This document shows, piece after piece, positions 12,615 to 25,188 of a stretch of 64,000 nt of DNA. This stretch comes from Paraspadella gotoi (lineage: Eukaryota > Animalia > Chaetognatha): the NCBI GenBank assembly GCA_051294375.1, contig CM119263.1, positions 3,924,161 to 3,988,160 of the forward strand, in the 5' to 3' direction. The notes beneath the pieces are model-generated. The model ran no database searches, was not told where the DNA came from, and saw only the letters and a program-made list of their open reading frames with translations. Position numbers and translations under genes: made by a program. Positions within the stretch are counted from its first letter, which is position 1, and the number at the start of each line of letters is the position of its first letter.

Positions 12615-14165
12615 GAGAAGGACGGGTGCTCTGGAATTGATTAAATTCTATTTTTGGTGGTCGGTCGTTCGCGTCCGAACCCAAAGAAAAAAAAATTCTC
12701 AGCGACGGAAAAATTGAAAAAAAAAAGACATCATTTTTGTCGAAAACAAAAGGGAAATTTTTTTGTCAGTTTTTTAACATTTTTTTTATTTCAATTTTAA
12801 GTCAAAAACAGGAAATGATAAAAAAAAAAAGTATAAAACATTTTTATTTCATGAGAGGAAAATAGTAAAACCTTACTCTTTGAATGTTTTAGTTGCTTGG
12901 ATTAGATTATAAATAGAAATATGTCATGATAAATTATTTACTTTTAATTCTTTGATATTTAATGACCGTTTAAATTTTTTTAAAGAAAATTGTGCCAAAT
13001 TTGAATAAAAGTTATTCTATTGTATATTTTCTTTCTTTTTGTTGCGTTTAACATTAGGAGGGCTTTTTTTTATTTTTTAAAAACAAAATAAAATTCATTA
13101 TTTGTAAACTTTTTTAAAGAATCTCTCTCTCAATAAAAACAAAATACTGACTTAAAACTAATAGTTTGCTTCTCCGACGAAAATATAAAAAAATGATATA
13201 AAATTGAGCAAGCGCCAAAAAGATTGACCTCGTTTACAAAATGATTAAGCTCGTAAAACGTAAAATTGCAAAAAGATAAAAATAGATGGAGCGAGAGNNN
13301 NNNNNNNNNNNNNNNNNNNNNNNNNNNNNNNNNNNNNNNNNNNNNNNNNNNNNNNNNNNNNNNNNNNNNNNNNNNNNNNNNNNNNNNNNNNNNNNNNNNN
13401 NNNNNNNNNNNNNNNNNNNNNNNNNNNNNNNNNNNNNNNNNNNNNNNNNNNNNNNNNNNNNNNNNNNNNNNNNNNNNNNNNNNNNNNNNNNNNNNNNNNN
13501 NNNATTTTCAATAAAATAGCCGGGTTTAGCGAAGTGTACCGCCATTTTATTATTATTGACTAAGCGAAAGTTAATTTTTAAATAGACCCAGTTCGATCTC
13601 TCTCTATAAAATCATTTCCCCTAAAAGTCAATTTCCCTCCAATTCCATAAATTTCCCTACAAAGACCAAAATATTCGTCATCCTTTCTCATTTTTTTTCT
13701 CTCTACTTTTATTTAGTAATTTTCTTTTTCCTTTTATCTTCTTCTTCATATTTTCTTCAAATCTTGTTTAGAAAGTATTATATAAATTGTTTTATTATGT
13801 TCCATTATGTTACGATGTCACGATATAAACGAGGTAATAATTTTTTTTATAAGTTAGTACATTACAATATTTGTTCTCTTGCGAGTTTAATACCGTTAAC
13901 TCCTCTCTCTCTCTCTCTCTCTCNNNNNNNNNNNNNNNNNNNNNNNNNNNNNNNNNNNNNNNNNNNNNNNNNNNNNNNNNNNNNNNNNNNNNNNNNNNNN
14001 NNNNNNNNNNNNNNNNNNNNNNNNNNNNNNNNNNNNNNNNNNNNNNNNNNNNNNNNNNNNNNNNNNNNNNNNNNNNNNNNNNNNNNNNNNNNNNNNNNNN
14101 NNNNNNNNNNNNNNNNNNNNNNNNNNNNNNNNNNNNNNNNNNNNNNNNNNNNNNNNNNNNNNNNN

Positions 14166-14199
<34 letters not shown>

Positions 14200-15000
14200 A
14201 AGAGATAGAGAGTCAATTCTTCGAAATTAATTCATATCAACCTGAGTGGATCGAAGTAAGGATGCGGCAAAAAAGGAATTTCTAAGAAATTGCAAATTGA
14301 CGAACCGTGTGTCTGAGTCGATCTTCATAAAACATCTTATGACGCTTCGTTCTGAATTGAATAAATTGATTCGACGCTTAATTAAGTCGAGAAATTAAAA
14401 ATTAATTCTTTCCCTCGTATTTTAAATCTTTTCTCTCGTTTCTCTATTTTTCTATTTCTTTTTTTTTTCTATCTTTTTGTCAAACTTTCTTTATTCATTT
14501 TTTTCTTTTTTTCTATTATTACATTACATTGTTTTACTGTCTTCCTCCCTATTTTTTACCTTCATTTATCTTTCTTATTATCTTTAATTTCTTTTTTTCT
14601 TTTTCCCTTCATTTTCTTTTACTTTTCTTCTTTTTTTTTCATTTATCTACTTTTTTGTCTTTCTTTCCACCTCACGTTTACCTTTCTTTTCACTTTTATT
14701 TCTACCTTTATTTCTCCTTTATTTTTCTTTTACCTTCCTACCGTCTACCTTTCTTTCTCTCTTCTTTTTATTTCTCTTTTCTTTATACCTTTTTTCCTAC
14801 CTTTTTTTTCTCCCATCTTTCTTTCTTTATATCACTCTTATTTTTCTTTCTCCTCTCTTTCTATCTTTCTTCTCTCCTTTCTTTCTATCGCTGAGCGTCC
14901 ATCATCAGAAACAGATCCCCCGCTCCCTCCAAATTTCAAACCCCCGGCGAGCGATATCTTTTTTTCCATCCACCGTTTGTTTTCGTTTTGTTTTGGTCTC

Positions 15001-15095
15001 CCGGATGTAATCACATGTGAGAGGGAAGCCGCGACCCGGATGTGAGAAGGAAGCCCCAACCCGGATGTGAAGGGAAGCCACGACCCGGATGTGAG
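15001..15095 (+). repeat. ~25-bp minisatellite (CCCGGATGTGA.GGGAAGCC.CGA) containing four CCGGATGT motifs
   Basis: CCGGATGT at 15001, 15036, 15061 and 15085. Confidence 0.85.
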
Positions 15096-16465
15096 GGTCG
15101 CGACCTCGATTTTCTCAATCATATTTTCCTTTTTTCGTCGCGATGGCTTCAGGTGACGTCATCAGAATCGGTGACCGAGGGCAGTTCCACTTTCTCTTCT
15201 TTCTCCTCTGCCTACCTATCTTCATCCATCTCTTACTCCTTCTCTTCCTCCCCTTCTTCCTTCTTCTCTTCCTCTTCCTTCCTCCTATGCCTCCCTCTCT
15301 TCTTCCTTCTCTTCCTCTTTCTCTTACTCCTTCTTTTTATCCTCTTACTCTTTTTCTTCCTCCCTCCTCTATTTCTTTCTCTTTTTTATTTTCTTTTTTC
15401 ATCCTCCCTCCTATTCTTCCTTTCTCTTTCCTTTTTTCTTTGTCCCCCCTTTCTCCTTTCTCTTTCCTTTTTTCTTTCTCCCCTTTCCTCCTTTTTTACT
15501 TTTTTCCTCCATTCTCTCGTCCTTTTCCTTCTTTCTCTTTCATTTTTCTTTCTTCCCCTTCCTCCTCTCTCTTTCCTTTTTTCTTCCTCTCTCTTCCCTC
15601 CCCCTCTTCCTCGTTTCTCTTTCCTTTTTTCTTCCTCCCTCTTCCCTCCCCCTCTTCCTCCTTTCCCTTTCTTTTTTTCTTCCTCCCTCTTCCCTCCTCC
15701 TCTTCCTCCTTTTCCTTTCCTTTTTTCTTCCTCCAAGCGAAGGTTTTGTCGATCCTGCGGCAGGTGAGTCGTCGCCTCCAGAAAATTCTTCTCTCTTCGT
15801 GAGAGTTAAATTTAGGAAGAAGAGTCGGAGCCGACGGAGGCACAGTTGATCCAAATGGGGTTTTAGAAATTATTCATAGCACAGTGATCCAAATGTCTTA
15901 TCCTTTGGTGCAATATGGACTAAAGCTTTCTTAGACATGAAGACATTGTGATTGGACATGGAAAGGGAGGGAATGATACAAAGATACACATCAAAGTAAT
16001 GATGCCAGATACTGAATGATAGCGCCATGCCTGAAAAAGCCAAAAGCCAAAATAGTATGTATGTTAAGCCGTTAATCTAAAACAAAAGCCGCGGAAAAAA
16101 CATCAGATTAAACAGAAAAAAAGAAATGATGACTCGAGGCGGAAAATAATCCGGTCATCGTCATTGAGTGAGAAAAGAAAATCGGGAAAGAGAAACCGAC
16201 AAAGATGGCGCTAGAAGGAAGGGGGGGCGTGGTGGGGAGGCGTGGCTTGTTTATTAGGATGGGAAATAAGGTCAACATTCGAAGATTCGACAACGATGAC
16301 CATGAAGATGACGACGATGATGACGACGATGATGATGACGACAATGATGACCCTGAGGATGACAAGAACAAATACAAATACAATATATATTGACAAAGAA
16401 AAAGTTTTAGGATTGAGAGCAGAACTAGTTGTACTTATAAACGCGAGTTTGCAAGAGAGAAGAGA

Positions 16466-16515
<50 letters not shown>

Positions 16516-16535
16516 AGAGAGAGTAGAGTGAGAGA

Positions 16536-16588
<53 letters not shown>

Positions 16589-17904
16589 GAGAGAAGAGAG
16601 AGAGGGATCAGAAAAAAAGTGTCGACAAAGAGAAGTGATGAGAAAAGAAATGATAACAGAGAAAAAAAAATTAAAAAGAAGGAAAAAAGTTAAGGAAAAA
16701 AGAAGAAGGAGAGAAAAAAGAACCACATGATCGATAATAAGGAAATCATGAGAAAAGGAAAAAAGATGAAAGGAGGAGAAAGAGAGGAAAAGGAGGAAAA
16801 GTAAAGAGAAGTGGAGGAAGAAAGAGGGGGAAATAAAGAGAGGAAAAAGAGGATAAGAAAAGAGAGGTCGAAGAAGGGGGAAATAGAAAGAGGAAAAGCA
16901 GGAAAGGAAAAGAAAGGTGGAGGGAGAGGAAAGAGGGCGATAAAGAGAGGAAGAGAAGGAAAAGGAAAGAAGGTAGAGTAGGAGAGAGAGGGAAATAAAG
17001 AGAGGAAAAGGAAGAAAAAAAGAGAGGTGAAGAAAACGAGCAAATTGAGGCCGAAGGAAAACCTGATGATTAATTTCTTTCTATTCGACCGGCCTCTTTA
17101 TATTCTCGGGCCGCGTGTCGTCTTCTCATGGTCTCCTCTTGCTCTCTCCTTCGGTCTCTCTCTCTCTCTCTCTCCTCTCGGTCTCTCGTCTCTCTCTCTC
17201 CATCGTATCTCGTTTCTCTCTCTCTTTCTCTCTGATATAACACTAATTTGTAATNNNNNNNNNNNNNNNNNNNNNNNNNNNNNNNNNNNNNNNNNNNNNN
17301 NNNNNNNNNNNNNNNNNNNNNNNNNNNNNNNNNNNNNNNNNNNNNNNNNNNNNNNNNNNNNNNNNNNNNNNNNNNNNNNNNNNNNNNNNNNNNNNNNNNN
17401 NNNNNNNNNNNNNNNNNNNNNNNNNNNNNNNNNNNNNNNNNNNNNNNNNNNNNNNNNNNNNNNNNNNNNNNNNNNNNNNNNNNNNNNNNNNNNNNNNNNN
17501 NNNNNNTCTTTTCTGAGAAACGCGGCGGCGGCGCCCCACGTGACGGACGGACGCCATTGATCACGTGACAAGCTGACAGAAACGATAACGAAAAAGTTCG
17601 ATTGGATTTTTTCGTGTGATGTCCTCTCCTCTTCCAATTTCGTGACACTGTTCGAATCGCTGTTCACGTGATATTCCAGTTCTTCGCCTCAATGATTGTA
17701 ATTAATATTATAACAACAACGACGACACGGACGTCACCGACACCGCCGACAACAACAACAATGATAAAAAGAACTACAACAACAACAACTCAGACGCCTC
17801 AATCTTCTACTTCAAAAGTCGGAGTCCGCGAAATTCGAATCTAAATTTCTCTCAAAACGAATTCTATTTCTCATTCATATTAATGGAATAAAAGAGACAG
17901 TGTT

Positions 17905-17975
<71 letters not shown>

Positions 17976-20792
17976 CGTTCAAGTTAACGTCTGTCATTTC
18001 GACATTACGAATTCACAGTCTCAATCTCAGACTCCATATCTTTCTTATGCCATTTGGTCATTTTTCTTTTCCCCTGTACCTTCTCGGTTCCCGGTACCCA
18101 ACCCAAGTCCTCGATCCCCAGTCCCCACCCAAATTTCTCTCACCCCTACCTTCCCTACCTTTCTTTCACTCCTCGCAATTCTGCTCTACCACTCATTTTC
18201 TCCTTCTCTCCTTCCACCCTTTCCTCTCCCTTTTCATTTCCTCCTTTCTCCTCCCTCTCTTCTCCCCTTTTCCGCCTCTGCCGTTTCTCCTTTTCCTTTC
18301 CTTGTTTTCCTTTCTCCCCTTATCCTGCCTTTTTTATTTTTTCCTCATTGCTCCTCGTCCTTTTCCCTTCTTTCTTTCTTCATTTTCTTTGCTTCCACTT
18401 CTCCTCTCTCTTTCACTTTTTCTTCCTCTCTGCATTCCTCCCGCTCTTCCGTCGCTTTCTTTTCACTTTTTCGTTTCCTCCTTTTCCCTCTCCGCTCTTC
18501 CTCTCCTTTCCATTTCTTTTCTTTCCTTCCTCCGCTCTCTTTGTCCCCATCCTCCTCTTTCTCTCCTTTCCCTTATCCCTTTTTTCTTCCCTCCAACGAA
18601 GGTTTTGTCAGTACCTGGCGGCATGCTGAGTCGTCGCTCTCTCAGAAATATTCTTCTCTCGTCTCTTCGTGGAAGCTTAATCACTTTCTTACGAAGATCA
18701 TCTGAGCGAGCCGACGGAGGCCAGTATGATCACAAATGAGGGTTTTCACAAATCTCTCTGCGTGATCCACTTCTTATCCTTTGTGCATATATGGAGCTAG
18801 CAAGCTTTCTTTAGACACGTAAGACATTGAGATGATTGAACATGAGAGAAGGGGGAGGGAATGGATACAAGGATACACACAAAGTAAAGCAGTACTGTAT
18901 GATAAGCCATGCGCTGAAAAACGCAAAAGCAAAATAGTATGTATGTAAGGCCGGTTAAAATCTAAAAACCAAAAGCCGCGGAAAAAGACATCAAAGATTA
19001 AAAGCTTAAGATAAGAAAAGAATATGACGTGCGAGGCGGAAAATACGGTCATCGTCCATTGGGAGTGAGAAAGAGAGAAATTAACACGGGAAAAGAGAAC
19101 CTGACAAAAGGCGCTAGAAGGAAGGGGGGCCGTGGTTGGGGAGGCGATGGCCTGTTTAATTAGGATGGGCCATAAGATCAACGATTCAAAGATTCGAGCA
19201 ACGATGACATAGATGAACGAACACGATGATGATGAGCGACAATGATACAACACTGAGGATGACAAGAAAGAGTACAATCACAAGTATATATTTAGGACAA
19301 AGACAGAGTTTAAGGATGAGGAGCCAAAGCTTATTGTACTGTATAAACGCGAGTTGCAAAAGGAGAGAGAGACCGTGTAGGGAGATGTAGAGAGGAGAGA
19401 GAGAAGAGAGACAGGAGAGAGAGAGAGAAGAGTCGAGAAGAGATGAGAAAGACGTTGAGCAGAGGGGAGACGACACGAGTGAGCAGGAGGGGAGAGATTC
19501 ATGGGACTGAGCAGAGAGAGGGCAGAAGGCTAGGGAGAAGCAGGGAGTGAGAGAGACGGGATCAGAAAATAAACACGGTTAATTGCGAAGCAAAGACGAG
19601 TTGAGGAGAAAAGAAAATGGAACAGGGCGAAAAAAACAAAGTTAAAGAAGAATGAAATAAAAAGGTTTTAAGTGGGCTGAATGATATCAAGAAGAAGGAG
19701 AGAAAAAATGAATGAAGCCACATGAATTCGATAGATAAGCGAAGGATTTCATAGAAAAGGAAAAACAGATTAAAGGAGGTAGAAAGTAGATAGATAAAGG
19801 AGGAAAGTCGCTGGGTATATTAGAGGCTGGAGTCGAGCAGAGGTTGGAGTGTAGGACAAGAGGGGACGGCTGGTGTCGTGCATATAAGATGTATAGATGG
19901 GAAGGTGTAAATAAGGAAGCTATTGGATAAGATGTATCTGGAAGGCGTGAGGATAGGTAAAGAGGTCAGGGGGGAAATTAGAAAGAGGAAAAGCAAGGAA
20001 GGAAGAAAGTGGAGGGAGAGGAAAGAGGGCGATAAAGAGAGGGGCTTACTTGCCGGCCACTTATACCAGGGTATGGAAAATTATGGTAGTGGCAGAAGAA
20101 GAGGAAGAGTAGAGTAAGGAGGAGGGGAAATTTAAAGAGGGGGAAAGGGAAGAAAAAAGAGAGTGAAGCGAAAACGGAGCAAAGTTTTTGGGGCCGGGAA
20201 GTGAAACCCCTTGATGGATTAATTTCCTTTTTGCTTTTCCGGACGCGTTCGTAATTCTTGCGGGCCCTTTCCTCGTCTTCTGATCTCTCTCTCTTCCTCT
20301 CTCTCGCTCTCTCGTCTCCTCAGATCTCTCCTCGTCTCTCGATTCCGCAGGGCTCGTCTCGGTCTCGTCTCTTCTCTCCTCGCGTTCCTCTTTTCTCTTT
20401 CTTTCTCTCTCGGTCTCTCTCTTGCGCCGGTGGGTCTTTCTCTCGCTCTCGCGTCTCTCTCTCCTCGTTTCGTCGAGGTGTGCGGCTCTCCGCTCTCTCG
20501 TCGTCGTCTTCTCTCTCTCTCACTTTTCTCGTCTCTCTCTTTCTCTCTGGTTAGGCCTGAATTTGGTAAATAAGCAATTCTTAGACGAGACTTAGTCAAT
20601 TACCTACGTTTGTGAGTTTCCAAAACAAAGCTGGTATTCATGGAGAGTTTAAAAATGATTCTCATTCTAGTTCAGGGCCTCTTTTAGGCTGTTTACACGA
20701 TAAGAAGAAAATAGGGTGGCCTTTGAATGGGACAGGCGCAGAAGCATTGTTCTATTTCGGTGATCGACAGATAGAGAGAGAGAGGAGGGGAG

Positions 20793-20868
<76 letters not shown>

Positions 20869-23800
20869 CGAGAGAGATGATGGAGAGAGAGAGATGCGAG
20901 GGAGGAAGGGATCGCGTCCGTGGTGTCTCTTCGGGTTTGGTTCTGAGTCACGCTCGCAATAGATTCGGACTCGGCGTCGGGTCATATCTTTTCCCGCGAG
21001 AAGGATTCGATCTTTGTCTGAGCAACGCGGCGGCGGCGCCCCACGTGACCGGACGGACGGCCATTGGGTCATAGTTTGCGAAGCTGACAGAAACGATAAC
21101 AGTTCGATATTGGATTTTTTCGTGTGATGTCCTCGATGTGCCGTCCTCTTCCAATTTCGTGACAAACCTGAGGATGGTGTGTTCGACGCATCGCTGTCAG
21201 TGGGTGATATTGCCAGTTTCTTCTCGCCTCAATGATTGTATGTAATGTATTAGTAAGACAACAACGGACGACACGGGACGTCACCGGATGCTAACCGGCC
21301 GTACAACTGAACAACAAAATGGATAAAAAGAAACTACAACAACAACAACTCAGAGACCGCCTCAATCTTCTACTTCAAAAGTTCGGAGTTCGCGAAATTT
21401 CGAAATCTAAATTTCTCTTCAAAACGAATTCTATTTCTCATTCATATTAATGGAGATAAAGAAGGACAGTGTTAGAGAGAGAGAAAGGAGAGACGAGAGA
21501 GTAAGAGCAGAGGAGATGAGTGAGAGAGAGAGGAGAGAGAGGGAGAGAGAGAGAGAGAGAGAAGGAGAGAGAGAGGAGCACAGAGTAGACGTTCATTTAA
21601 CGCTGTGTCATTCGACATTTACGAATTCACGGTCTCATGCTCAGACTCCATATCTTCTTAATGCCATTGGTATTTTTCTTTTGCCCGTTACCTTTCTCGG
21701 TTCCGGTACCCAAGCCAGTCCTCGATCCCCCAGTCCCACCCAAATTTCTCGCAGGAATGGGTCGGGGATCTGACTCTCGTACCCTATTCCCTCACCTTTC
21801 TTTCACTCCTCGCCATTCTGGGCTCTAGTGCCGACTGAGCATTTTCTCCTCTCCTCTCCTGTCCACCCTTTCCTCTCCTTTTTCATTTCCTCCTTTCTCC
21901 TCCCTCTCTTCTCCGCCTTCTCTCTACCTACCTTCTCCTCCCTTATCTCCTGTTCTCCTTTATCGTTCTCCTCCCCTTGCTGTCTCCTCTCTCTACCCTC
22001 TCTCCTCCTCCTTTTCCTCCCTCTCTTCTCCCTACTCGTCCTCCCTCCTTTCTCCTCCCCTTCTCTCCTTTTTCCTCCTCCTTTCTCCTCCCCTCTCTTC
22101 TCCCCTCCCTTTACTCCTCCCTCCTTCTCCCTCTCTCCTCCCTTTGTTGCTCCTCCCACTTCTCTCATGTTTCCTCCTCCTTTTCTCCTCCCCCTCTCTA
22201 CTATCTCCTCCCTCTTCTCCCCTCTCTCCCTTTCTCACTTCCTGCTCTTCTCCCCCGTCTACTATACTCTACCCTCCTTTCTCCTCCTGGCCTTCTCTTC
22301 CTTTTCCTACCTCCTTTCTCCATCCCCCTCTTTCTTTCCCCCTCCTTTCTCCTCCCTCTCTCTCCCCCTTCTCCGTCCCTCTTCTCCTCCCCTTCTTCCT
22401 TTTTCGCTCCTCCTTCTCCCCCTCTCTCTCGCCGCTCCGCCCGGGACCGGCCTCGTCACAGGTCGGGATCGCTGACGTGGTNNNNNNNNNNNNNNNNNNN
22501 NNNNNNCTTCTCGTCCTACCTACCTTTCTCCTCCCCTTATCTCCTGATTCTCCTTTAATCGTTCTCCTCCCACCTTCTTTCTCCTCCCCGTCTTCTCCTA
22601 CCCTCTCTCCTTCCTTTTCGTCCCTCTCTTCTCCCTACTCGTCCTCCCTCCTTTCTCCTCCCCTTCTCTTCCTTTTTCCTCCTCCTTTTCTCCCCCTCTC
22701 TTCTCCCCTCCCTTTACTCCTCCCTCCTTCTCCCCCTCTCTCCTCCCTTTGTTCTCCTCCCCCTTCTCTCTGTTTCCTCCTCCTTTTCTCCTCCCCCTCT
22801 CTTATCTGCCTCCCTCTTCTCCCCTCTCTTCCCTTTCTCCTTCCTGCTCTTCTCCCTCGTCTTATCTCTCCCTCCTTTCTCCTCCCCTTCTCTTCCTTTT
22901 CCTACCTCCCTTTCTCGCTCCCCTCTCTTCTTCCCCCTCCTTCTCCTTCCCTCTCTTCTCCCCTCTTCTCCGTCCCTCTTTCTCCTCCCCCTTCTTCCTT
23001 TTTCCTTCCTCCTTGCTCCCCCCTCTCTCTCCCGCTCCCCCAGAGGACCGCCTCAGTACAGGTCGCGGATCGCTCGATTTCACGATCGCGCTGGTTGACA
23101 TTGAGATCGTAGTTTTTCCTTTTTCCTTCGCGTTTCGCCATTCACAACTGTCCACCGCGGTGGGGATGGGGAAAACGAAAACCAGGAAAATTTGCCAGAA
23201 GCTTCAATCCGAAAAAGGGATATTGTTGATTGTAGCTTTTGACCAATTCAGGAATCATTTTTGACGGATAGCCTTTCACCAATCGGGATCAATGTCGCCT
23301 TCTCTGTCTGCTTCCTATGACCACCTGCCTCCGACCGCCATCCCGACCACCGCCTCCGACCGCCATCTATCTGCACTCTACTCGTCCTTCCTTGACCGCT
23401 CACTCTTCGACCCCGCCATCTTCGACGCACCGCCATCCTCCAGTCTATCGCGCTCGAACGTGTTTCCGACCGGTCTCACGCAGGTGGAGCGAATATGTGC
23501 TTCCCGTCCGCGCCAGCAACTTCTCATACGACACTATCGACCTTCTTGACCTTATTGCGACAGAAACTCAAATAGAACAGTGACCGAAACACCACAGGAG
23601 CTTCATCTAATGCAACACTTTCATGTCTATTCATCGAAGTATCTGCGTTGAGTTTAAAGTTGAACCGAGACAGAACAAAAATCAGATGTCTCTTTGTCTG
23701 GCAGCAAGACTTAAAGCTGCCTCACCTGCTGTCCCAGTCCCCGCTCAGACCTCGTCTCCAACTGTCTGAGCAGGCCCTAAATTCACTCTGACCGTTCCCA

Positions 23801-24708
23801 TCACCGCGCGGTGTCCTGGTGCTTTCAATCCTGGGCTATCCAGGTTTTGGCTTAACATGTGACGGTGCCGCGTATAAACTCGGCCAAGCCTGACCAGCGA
23901 AGGTGTGCTCACTAGGGGTACCACCGTGCGTGCCCTCACTCGCCGTCTAGAGAGATACCCCGCCGCGCCCCCGGATCTATTCACAGGCTATCCTCCGCGA
24001 CCACCATTTGCCCTACAGTTTTTCTTCTTTTCCTTAAACACATGGACTATTTAATTGAGGTGGAGATCGTCATTGATACGCGGCCGCCTGGCCTACTCTG
24101 CCAAACTAGACGTTTACTACCTCCCTTATAAGCATGACCATCCCATTCCCCAACATACGTGACATCAGTGGGCTATGACTCCATGACTTGCCAATTTTAG
24201 ACACAATGTGGAGAACGCGTGTTCCTATGTCTTTACATGTTATAACGGCGACTTGTGATTAGGGTCTCAATACGAACGCGCGACAAATCTCCATAGAAGC
24301 CTATCCGAACCAGTATTAAGCATTTCATTTGTACCCGATCTCTAAACTAACTCTGACACATACATGTTCGCCGTTGGTACTCAGATCTCACACTGCCCTC
24401 CACACGTCACGATAGTTATCCTCCTTTGGGCTTCCAGAGGAGGTCCAACCCTAGCGAATCCTCCAGCGCGACTCCGCCTGTGATTGTGTTTTCCCCGACG
24501 TCTCACCAGGTGGAGGCGAATGGCTCCGTCGCCGCCATTTTGAATATCGACTCTTGATTATGCGAAGAAATAAAGAAAGAAAAAAAAAAGGATCATAATG
24601 AATTTCATTTATTCATCGAAGTCGTCGAGTTAAAGTTGAAGGAGAGAAAAACAATGTTTTGTGGCAGCAAGACTTAAAGCTGCCTCACTGCTGTCCGTCC
24701 TCAGCCTC

Positions 24709-24930
24709 GTCTCAATGGCTGAGCAGGCTAAATCATCTCATTCCATCCGTGCGTCCCGGGTTCAATCCCTGGGTATCCCGGTTTTGGCTTAAATGTGACG
24801 GTGCCGGTATAAACATGCCAGTGACAGGAGGTGGTCACTGAGGGTCCGCAGCCCCTACGCCAGTTGGTGAGATACCCCGCGCCCCGGGTATCACAGGCTA
24901 TCCTCCCGTTGCCATAGTTTCTTTTTTTTT
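24709..24930 (+). mobile_element. tRNA-derived SINE-like element (variant 1) with internal twister ribozyme
   Basis: A-box-like TGGCTGAGCAGG (24716-24727); B-box/T-arm CCCGGG-TTCAATC-CCTGGG (24755-24773); twister fold 24785-24862; 3' hairpin GATACCC/GGGTATC; ends GCCATAG followed by a T-run. Confidence 0.75.
24785..24862 (+). ncRNA. Twister self-cleaving ribozyme, type P5 (predicted cleavage 24810/24811)
   Basis: P5 TGGC/GCCA; P2 ATGT(24793-96)/ACAT(24813-16); GA 24797-98; T1 CGG(24799-801)/CCG(24846-48); short P1 TGCCGGTA; UAA 24810-12; T2 GC(24817-18)/GC(24851-52); P3 CAGTGAC/GTCACTG; P4 AGGG/CCCT. Single deviation: CAGC instead of AAGC. Confidence 0.8.
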
Positions 24931-25188
24931 AAACAATGGATTTTAATTGAGGTGGAGATGTTGTAGTGGGGCATTGCATAAGTTTACTCCGCCTATAAGC
25001 ATGACACCTTCAATCGTGAATCAGTGGCTCATGACTCATGACTTCAATTTAGAAATGAAAGAGTTTCTATGTTTACTTTAAGGTTTGGTATTAGGGTTAA
25101 AGAGTGGGGAAAATAATAAGGTTAAAGATTAAAGTTTATTGTCATGATTAAAATTAAATCATGTGGTGGTATATTCACACTGCCTCAC

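Noticed and set aside
23100-24480. Apparently unique sequence including a third twister-SINE copy near 23750-24000
   Set aside because: Collinear, insertion-laden rendering of 24480-25220; not an independent locus.
24709-24780. Functional tRNA gene
   Set aside because: A/B boxes and T-arm are present, but no acceptor stem or credible anticodon arm; better explained as a SINE head.
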